From NCBI GenBank assembly GCA_021774965.1, contig JAJFIL010000306.1:10741-74740 (forward strand): a stretch of 64,000 nt of DNA, read 5' to 3'. The stretch is from Alphaproteobacteria bacterium. Its GTDB lineage: Bacteria; Pseudomonadota; Alphaproteobacteria; JAJFIK01. The position numbers were made by a program, and so were the translations under genes. How positions within the stretch are numbered: the first letter of the stretch is position 1; every line of letters starts with the position of its first letter. The notes under the pieces were generated by a model, which had not been told where the DNA came from, did not search any database, and saw nothing but the letters and a program-made list of their open reading frames with translations. This document shows positions 57,788 to 64,000 of this stretch, in pieces.

Positions 57788-59569
57788 ATGGATCACAAAC
57801 AAGGACGAGGTGGAACGGTGGCGCAAACAGGTGGCGATCTTATCGCGCAAATGCTGAAGGCCGAAGGTGTCGATACGGTCTTTGGTATTATTGATGGCTC
57901 TTATGTGGGGCTCAACGCCGCCTTGGGGCAGCACGGCATTCGTTTGATCACGCCGCGTCATGAAACCAGCGCGGCCCATATGGCCGGTGCCTATGCGCGA
58001 CTTACCGGAAAGCTCGGGGTTTGCATTGCCTCCAATGGCCCGGGGGCGGCAAACATTCTGCCTGGGGTCGCGGTGGAAAATGGCGAAGGCAATCGGGTTC
58101 TTGTAATCACCAGCTGGCGCAGGCAGGGCATCGTCAATCCGGACCGGGGCGGCACGTTTCAGTATTTCAATCAGGTGGGTGCCATCAAACCCATGGCGAA
58201 ATGGTCCGGCGCTGCAGAAGACTTTGCGCGCCTTCCAGAGATTATGCGCCGTGCGTTCCGCGTATCCTTCGAGGGGCGCCCCGGCGTGGTTCATGTATGT
58301 GTGCCCGAAGACATCATCAATGCCCCCAGCGAAGCAGAAATGGCGCCGCTGACCCGCCCAGATCAGTATCGCACCACCGAACCTATTTCCCCGGCACTCG
58401 GCCAAGTGCGAAAGGCCGCAGATATGTTGGAACGGGCCCGACTGCCCATGATCCAGGCAGGCTCCGGCGTGCTTCATGCTGGTGCTGCGGAAGAGCTGGC
58501 GGCGGTGGCCGAACTTCTGCAGGCGCCTGTGACCACAAGTTGGGGCGGGCGAGCATCCCTCGACGAACGACGCGCTGTTTCCATCCCGCTGATGCACACC
58601 GAAATGGTGAACAAGATCCGCAACGAGTCAGATGTAGTGCTGGCCTTAGGCACACGCTTTGGCGAAACCGACTGGTGGGGAAAGGCGCCCTATTGGGCAC
58701 AAGCTGATCATCAAGATGTCATTCAGGTGGATTGCGATGGCGAGATCATCGGCCTGAATAAGCCCATAAAACTGGGCATTCTGTCTGATGTAAAAACGTT
58801 TTTGACAGACTTGCGCGCCGAACTGGAACGTCGGGGACTGGACCGAACAGGATCTTCCCAGGAAACAAGAGTTCGCACCTACGATGCAGAGAAAACCGAA
58901 AACGGCGAAGCTGCCATCGCGATAATGGGCAGCATCGATGTGCCGCTTCATACGTTTCAAGTTCCGGTCACGTGCCAAGAAGTCTTCGAGGATGATGCGA
59001 TCATCGTGATCGACGGCGGCAATACGTCGGTCTGGGGAAGCTCCTTTCATCAAATCCGCACCCCGGGCGCGCACATGATGACCTACAAATTCGGCATGTT
59101 AGGAGCCGGTGTCGGCCAAGCCCTTGGTGCTCAAATCGCGTATCCTGACCGGCAGGTCTACGCCATCATGGGTGATGGAGCCATGGGATTTCACATGCAG
59201 GAAATCGAGACGGCGGTGCGCAACAAATTGCCCGTGATCTTCCTTGTGATCGCGGACAAACAATGGGGCATGGTGAAGTTCAGCCAAGGCATGGCGCTCA
59301 ACCCTTCGGGCATGATGGAGCGCCGCGCGCTTTCGTCTAATGAGACCATCAACACAGATCTGGGGGAGATTGCCTTTGATAGGTTGGCCCAGGCCATGGG
59401 CGCCCATGGGGAGCGGGTAAACAAAACCAAAGATCTCAAACCCGCCCTGGAACGCGCCCTTAAAAGCGGCAACTGCGCCGTCATCCATGTGGATGTGGAT
59501 CCCACGGAGCACATGTGGGCCCCGGGCGTGGATACGTTCAAGGCCATGCACCAGGAACCGGAGGGCTGA
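57788..59569 (+). CDS. Thiamine-diphosphate-dependent enzyme (acetolactate-synthase-like family)
   Basis: 593 aa. N-terminal Pyr domain (GGDLIAQMLKAEGVDTVFGI) and TPP motif GDGAMGF ... N. The start may be GTG 57818. Confidence 0.85.
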   Translation: MDHKQGRGGTVAQTGGDLIAQMLKAEGVDTVFGIIDGSYVGLNAALGQHGIRLITPRHETSAAHMAGAYARLTGKLGVCIASNGPGAANILPGVAVENGEGNRVLVITSWRRQGIVNPDRGGTFQYFNQVGAIKPMAKWSGAAEDFARLPEIMRRAFRVSFEGRPGVVHVCVPEDIINAPSEAEMAPLTRPDQYRTTEPISPALGQVRKAADMLERARLPMIQAGSGVLHAGAAEELAAVAELLQAPVTTSWGGRASLDERRAVSIPLMHTEMVNKIRNESDVVLALGTRFGETDWWGKAPYWAQADHQDVIQVDCDGEIIGLNKPIKLGILSDVKTFLTDLRAELERRGLDRTGSSQETRVRTYDAEKTENGEAAIAIMGSIDVPLHTFQVPVTCQEVFEDDAIIVIDGGNTSVWGSSFHQIRTPGAHMMTYKFGMLGAGVGQALGAQIAYPDRQVYAIMGDGAMGFHMQEIETAVRNKLPVIFLVIADKQWGMVKFSQGMALNPSGMMERRALSSNETINTDLGEIAFDRLAQAMGAHGERVNKTKDLKPALERALKSGNCAVIHVDVDPTEHMWAPGVDTFKAMHQEPEG

Positions 59570-59575
59570 TCGCCC

Positions 59576-60565
59576 ATGGCCAGTGATTCCACAACAAAAC
59601 CGAACGTCTTGATCACAGGGGCAGGTGGTCTTGTGGGCGGCAAGGTGCTCGAAGTGATCAGTCGCGATCAGGAGGCATTTGGCACCGTGGTGGCTTTGGA
59701 CATTCGAGAGATCGATGCCGCGCGGCGCCATGCCGATGTTACCTACCTCACCGGCGATATCTGCGATCCGAACATCAAGGATGTCCTCACAAAGCACAGC
59801 ATTTCATCCATCGTGCATCTGGCGGCCATTGTGGCGCCGGGCAAAGACAGCTCTGCAGATTTGGAATATCGCGTCGATGTTCTGGGGACGGGAAATATTG
59901 TCAAGGCGGCGGTGGCCGCTGGCGTTACGCAAATCATCAATCTTTCCAGCGGGGCCGCCTATGGCTATCACGCAACAAACCCGGTGCCGTTGCGGGAGAC
60001 GGACGAGCTTCGGGGCAACGAAGAATTTCCCTATTCCCGGCACAAGCGCCTTGTGGAAGAGATGTTGGCACGCTATCGGCAATCCAATCCCGAATTGTGC
60101 CAACTCATTCTGCGCCCGGGCACTATTCTGGGGGCCGCAGTGCGCAGCCCGGTCAGCGCCATCTTCGAAGGCCCTGTGGTGATCGGTATCCGAGGCGCAG
60201 ACAGCCCATTTGTTATGATCCTGGTCGATGATGTGGCCGCGATTATCAAAAAGGGAATATTGGGATGTCGCGAGGGGATCTATAATCTTGCGGGGGACGG
60301 AGCTCTTTCCTTGCGTGAGATCGCAAAATGCACCCAAAAGCCTTTCGTCCCAATTCGGGCAGGTTTTTTGAAATTCGTGTTGCGCGCCCTAAAGTCGATG
60401 AAGCTCTCCGTGCGAGGACCGGAAGGTGTTGATTTCTTGCAATATCGACCTGTGCTGGCCAATGATCATTTAAAAACAGATTTTGGCTTCACACCGACCA
60501 TGACCAGCGCCCAGGTTTTCGACTACTATCTCCAGAGCATGCAAACGGGAGATGACACTCAGTGA
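59576..60565 (+). CDS. NAD-dependent epimerase/dehydratase family (extended SDR)
   Basis: Motifs ITGAGGLVGG and YSRHK (YxxxK). Confidence 0.8.
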   Translation: MASDSTTKPNVLITGAGGLVGGKVLEVISRDQEAFGTVVALDIREIDAARRHADVTYLTGDICDPNIKDVLTKHSISSIVHLAAIVAPGKDSSADLEYRVDVLGTGNIVKAAVAAGVTQIINLSSGAAYGYHATNPVPLRETDELRGNEEFPYSRHKRLVEEMLARYRQSNPELCQLILRPGTILGAAVRSPVSAIFEGPVVIGIRGADSPFVMILVDDVAAIIKKGILGCREGIYNLAGDGALSLREIAKCTQKPFVPIRAGFLKFVLRALKSMKLSVRGPEGVDFLQYRPVLANDHLKTDFGFTPTMTSAQVFDYYLQSMQTGDDTQ

Positions 60566-61347
60566 GCAAGACAGTGGTGATTACAGGGGCAGGAGGCGGC
60601 ATCGGCGCTGCTCTTGCCCGAGAATATGCATTGGCAGACGCCAATCTGGCGTTGCTGGACATCAATGAAGAGGCTGCCGCTGAGACCGCAAAGATGTGCG
60701 CTGGCCTAGGCGCAGAGGCAGTTTCTATATCTTGCGATGTCACATCTTTTGAGGAGTGCGCCGGGGCCATCAATCAAACCATGGAGCGCTTCGGCGGGAT
60801 TGATGTGCTCATCGCCAACGCCGGGATCACCCACCTGAGCCTCTTTGCAGAAACGGATATCTCCGTCATTCGCCGTGTCATGGAGGTGAATTTTTTCGGC
60901 GCCGTCAATATTGCCAAGGCCGCCCTGCCAGAGCTTTTGCGCAGCAAAGGTCAGATTGTAGTCATGTCCAGTGTTGCCGGCTTCTGCCCGCTGCCTTTGC
61001 GGACAGGATATTCTGCTAGCAAATATGCGCTGCGGGGGTTTTTCGAGACCCTGCGCGCAGAAAACAAACGCAAAGGACTTGGCGTTCTGATCGTGTGTCC
61101 TTCGTACGTGGCAACGGACATTGGCAACAGCGCTCTTGGGGCCGATGGCAACAAGGCCACACTTCATAGACCGGATACCGAAGGGGCCATCTCAGCGGAA
61201 GAGGCAGCACGCAAGATTGTTGCCGCTGCGAACCGTCGCCGTGATTTTCTGCCCGTGGCCAAGGGTGCGGGTCTTGCCCATTTTCTTTCCAGACTGGCAC
61301 CCTCTCTCCTGGAGCGGTTGAGCGCCCAACGGGTGCCGACCGACTAG
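60562..61347 (+). CDS. Classical short-chain dehydrogenase/reductase
   Basis: Motifs ITGAGGGIGAA, NAG and YSASKYAL. GTGA overlap with the upstream gene. Confidence 0.88.
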   Translation: MSKTVVITGAGGGIGAALAREYALADANLALLDINEEAAAETAKMCAGLGAEAVSISCDVTSFEECAGAINQTMERFGGIDVLIANAGITHLSLFAETDISVIRRVMEVNFFGAVNIAKAALPELLRSKGQIVVMSSVAGFCPLPLRTGYSASKYALRGFFETLRAENKRKGLGVLIVCPSYVATDIGNSALGADGNKATLHRPDTEGAISAEEAARKIVAAANRRRDFLPVAKGAGLAHFLSRLAPSLLERLSAQRVPTD

Positions 61348-61352
61348 TCTTT

Positions 61353-62801
61353 TTAATCTGTTGCTACGGCCTCTTCGTCGGGCCTGATCTGGAAATGTAG
61401 GGCCGCATAGATCAACGCAATAATCGGGCTGGCGATATTGAAAACCGCAAAGGGCAGATAACTGATCGTGGCAACGCCTAAGGTCGCAGCCATATAGGCT
61501 CCGCAGGTATTCCACGGCACCAAGGGCGAGGTCACGGTGCCAAAGTCCTCCAGCGCACGGGAGAGGTTGACCTTCGCAAGGCCGCGGCGTTTGAATTCAT
61601 CCGCATACATACGGCCTGAGATCACGATGGACATATATTGGTCCGACGCGATGAGGTTGGCGACGAACGCGGTAAGCCCGGCACTGGCCACCACGGAGCC
61701 GGCACGCTGAAGCCCCCGGGTCAGTGCCTGAACCAAAGTGGTTAGCTGTCCGCTGCCTTCCATCATGCCGGAGAAGAACATGGCGCTGATGATCAACCAG
61801 ATCGTTGTCAACATGCTGCTCATGCCGCCCCGCGAAAGCAGGCTGTCTGCGACTTCGTTTCCGGTCTGCGCTTCATAGCCGCTTGCGATGACAAGCCAGA
61901 TCTCCCGGATGAGTGTCGGTAGGCCACCCTCTTGGCCGCCCAGGATCATCTCGCGCTGAAAAATTATGGCGAAGATGGCCCCAACCCCGATTGAAATCAG
62001 CAATGTGGCCAAGGCAGGAACTTTGCGTTGGGCCAGCACCAGCAAAATGACCAGAGGCGCAAAGAGCCAGGGCGAGATGTTGAAATTACTCGCCAGAGCC
62101 TGGCCCAGCGCGCTCGCTTGTTCTGCGGGCGCGGAAGGTTCTGCCACAAGGGCCGCAATGGTGAAGAAAACAAGTGCGATCAGGATGGCCGGCACCGTGG
62201 TCCACAGCAAAAAACGTATATGCTCAAACAATTCTGCCCCGGCGACGGCGGGGGCCAGATTGGTGGTGTCTGACAAAGGCGACAGCTTGTCGCCGAAGTA
62301 TGCGCCGGAGATCACAGCGCCCGCCGTCATAGCAGGGGACATGCCCGTCGCCTCTGCAATGCCCATCAATGCCACCCCGATAGCGCCCGCCGTGGTCCAG
62401 GAACTTCCCGTAGCCAGAGAGACAACAGCGCATAGAATTAGAGCGCTGGGATAAAACACATTAGGGTTTAAGACCTGCGTGCCATAGAAGATCAGTGTAG
62501 GGATAACGCCGGCAAGCAACCAGACACCAATGAGCGCTCCAATGGTGAGCAAAATCAAGATAGCAACTGTGGCACTTGAGATCGTGGCGATCACGCCTTT
62601 CTCCAGCTCGCTCCAGCGTAGTCCCCGCATTATGGCCAACAGGCCAGCCACGGCACCAGATGCCATAAGTGCGACTTGCGCCGGGCCGCCTGTTGCATCA
62701 TCCCGAAATGCAGCGATAACCAGACCCATGAGAAGGGCAAGGCCCGCAACCGGTATGATGGCCTCAAGCAGTTTCGGCGCGCTTGGTTCAGAATTCCCCA
62801 T
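61353..62801 (-). CDS. nhaC: Na+/H+ antiporter, NhaC family
   Basis: 482 aa and polytopic. The overall pattern is typical of NhaC-family transporters. Confidence 0.8.
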   Translation of the reverse strand: MGNSEPSAPKLLEAIIPVAGLALLMGLVIAAFRDDATGGPAQVALMASGAVAGLLAIMRGLRWSELEKGVIATISSATVAILILLTIGALIGVWLLAGVIPTLIFYGTQVLNPNVFYPSALILCAVVSLATGSSWTTAGAIGVALMGIAEATGMSPAMTAGAVISGAYFGDKLSPLSDTTNLAPAVAGAELFEHIRFLLWTTVPAILIALVFFTIAALVAEPSAPAEQASALGQALASNFNISPWLFAPLVILLVLAQRKVPALATLLISIGVGAIFAIIFQREMILGGQEGGLPTLIREIWLVIASGYEAQTGNEVADSLLSRGGMSSMLTTIWLIISAMFFSGMMEGSGQLTTLVQALTRGLQRAGSVVASAGLTAFVANLIASDQYMSIVISGRMYADEFKRRGLAKVNLSRALEDFGTVTSPLVPWNTCGAYMAATLGVATISYLPFAVFNIASPIIALIYAALHFQIRPDEEAVATD

Positions 62802-63087
62802 GAAGACAATTGCTCTTTGTTATGTGTCGCCCCCACACCGAGCCAAAAGCGGTGCTGAGTTGATCTCGCACCAACCCTAATACCAGAGTCGCTAAATGGA
62901 TATTGATGGTCTGGACCGGTCGCCAGCGTATAAGGCCTAGGGCTGACTGATCTGAACAAGATTTAACGTGCGCCGTTGACCTTGGGGAGCTTATGATGTC
63001 GCGGTCTCGGTAGGGTGCATCCAATGTGGTTTGGGATGCATCTACCTGGATGAGGTGAGTTCTTTGAGTTTCGCAAGGGCGTTTTTG

Positions 63088-63885
63088 ATGGCGAATAACG
63101 ACGGCAACCGGCTGGATACAGCCAGCCGCAGGGTCAGTGTTTACAACAGTCCAAGTCTGGATGTTGTTCTGACTGCCTATGAACCTGATTTGCGGATGCT
63201 GGCCCATGAACATGCAACGCATCAGGTCTCCTATCTTCTTGCGGGCGAGCTGCAGGAAGAAGTCGACTCCCATGAGCAGGATATCTATACCTCCGCTCGC
63301 GGGGTAAAGCCCGCCGGGTGCCGCCACGAGGATCTCATTGGGCCCAATGGCGCTCTCATTCTTTCCATCGATTTTGACGACGATACATTCCACGCAGAAC
63401 CGTTGGAGCTTTCGTGGGGATGGCACTCGCGGACTTCCTGCGGAGGGAAAGGCGCGACGGATACTTCTCTGCTCAATCTTTTAATGTGTGGCGACCAAAC
63501 ATTGAAATCTGATTTTGCCTGGGATCTTGTATCGGCCAGTGAAGGTGAATCGGTATCAAGGCTGGCGCCTGTCCGCCCTTGGTTAAGGCAGGTCCGCGAG
63601 ATGCTCAGTGAGGAGCCGGAAATGTGCGATCTCGCAAGCGCCGCGAATGATGCAGGGGTTCACCCAGTTCATTTGTCTCGTGCTTTCAAGAAAACCTATG
63701 GCTTGCCGCCCAGCCTCTATCGGGCACAGGTGCGAATGGCATGCGGTGTGCGTGAAATTCTCGATGGCGCCAGCCTGGCAGATGCTTCCCTGAGTGCCGG
63801 CTTTGCGGATCAGAGCCATTTCACCCGCACCCTGCGGCGTGAAATGGGGCTTTCCCCAAAACGGCTACAGCGCCTTTTTGCCTGA
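63088..63885 (+). CDS. AraC-family transcriptional regulator
   Basis: C-terminal double HTH (NDAGVHPVHLSRAFKKTYG ... AGFADQSHFTRTLRREMGLSP). The start could be 63031. Confidence 0.8.
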   Translation: MANNDGNRLDTASRRVSVYNSPSLDVVLTAYEPDLRMLAHEHATHQVSYLLAGELQEEVDSHEQDIYTSARGVKPAGCRHEDLIGPNGALILSIDFDDDTFHAEPLELSWGWHSRTSCGGKGATDTSLLNLLMCGDQTLKSDFAWDLVSASEGESVSRLAPVRPWLRQVREMLSEEPEMCDLASAANDAGVHPVHLSRAFKKTYGLPPSLYRAQVRMACGVREILDGASLADASLSAGFADQSHFTRTLRREMGLSPKRLQRLFA

Positions 63886-63969
63886 TCTTCTGACAGGTTA
63901 AATCCGTTCAAGAACGCCGAAGCCAAATCAGGTAGAATCCTCTCAAACAGAATTTGAGAGGAAGTATTG

Positions 63970-64000
63970 ATGAATCCCCAAAAAATGACTGCGGCCTTGG
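63970..64000 (+). CDS. Start of an unidentified gene truncated by the window edge
   Basis: ATG is preceded by a GAGAGGAAG RBS. Only 10 codons (MNPQKMTAAL) are visible. Confidence 0.25.
   Translation, partial: MNPQKMTAAL

Noticed and set aside
57701-58707. 298-aa minus-strand ORF and 228-aa alternative plus-frame ORF
   Set aside because: Both lie within the ThDP-enzyme gene. They have Arg/Gly/Pro/His-rich compositions and no motifs.
57788-59569. Sulfoacetaldehyde acetyltransferase (Xsc) assignment, tempting because SoeABC also serves organosulfonate degradation
   Set aside because: The N-terminal region does not resemble the Xsc sequences I remember. No pta, tauXY or sulfonate transporter genes are adjacent. 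I left it as a generic ThDP enzyme.

Overview
GC-rich bacterial chromosomal segment. Gene content and order best fit a chemolithoautotrophic alphaproteobacterium, but the taxon is inference only. I saw no rRNA, tRNA, CRISPR, IS/transposase, integrase or phage genes. Left to right: (i) The 5' end of a P-type cation ATPase, divergent from a tightly linked trio: beta-CASP MBL nuclease, archaeal-type AMP-phosphorylase-like protein and Prs-like kinase (the last two share an ATGA overlap). (ii) A Tat-lipoprotein DUF442-type domain protein, a Cys-motif membrane protein and a decayed sulfide:quinone oxidoreductase pseudogene. (iii) A Calvin-cycle operon cbbF-P-T-A-L-S-Z (green-type form IA RuBisCO) with divergent cbbR. 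(iv) A ~21 kb cytoplasmic sulfur-oxidation island. It holds a soeABC-like sulfite dehydrogenase, a FadL-type porin, tusA, a dsrE2-like gene and an HDAC/AcuC-like amidohydrolase. It continues with two LipS-type radical SAM proteins, an sLpl(AB)-type lipoate ligase, a GATase1-like protein lacking the catalytic Cys and Glu, and a dsrE3-like gene. It ends with shdrC1-B1-A-hyp-C2-B2, an unassigned 142-aa ORF, lbpA and two paralogous Cys-bearing ArsR regulators, the second divergent from an RND pump. (v) Ordinary catabolic, transport and regulatory genes, with two copies of a ~150-bp MITE-like G/C-block repeat bracketing a ~7.8 kb segment. The most interesting content is the sHdr-LbpA system with its dedicated lipoate-assembly genes, a recently described and still poorly understood system. 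Its unassigned accessory genes (HDAC-like, inactive GATase-like, orf142, hyp290, FadL-like) and candidate operators also merit attention. All calls rest on reading the translated ORFs and the DNA by eye. No database search was possible, and start codons are approximate.
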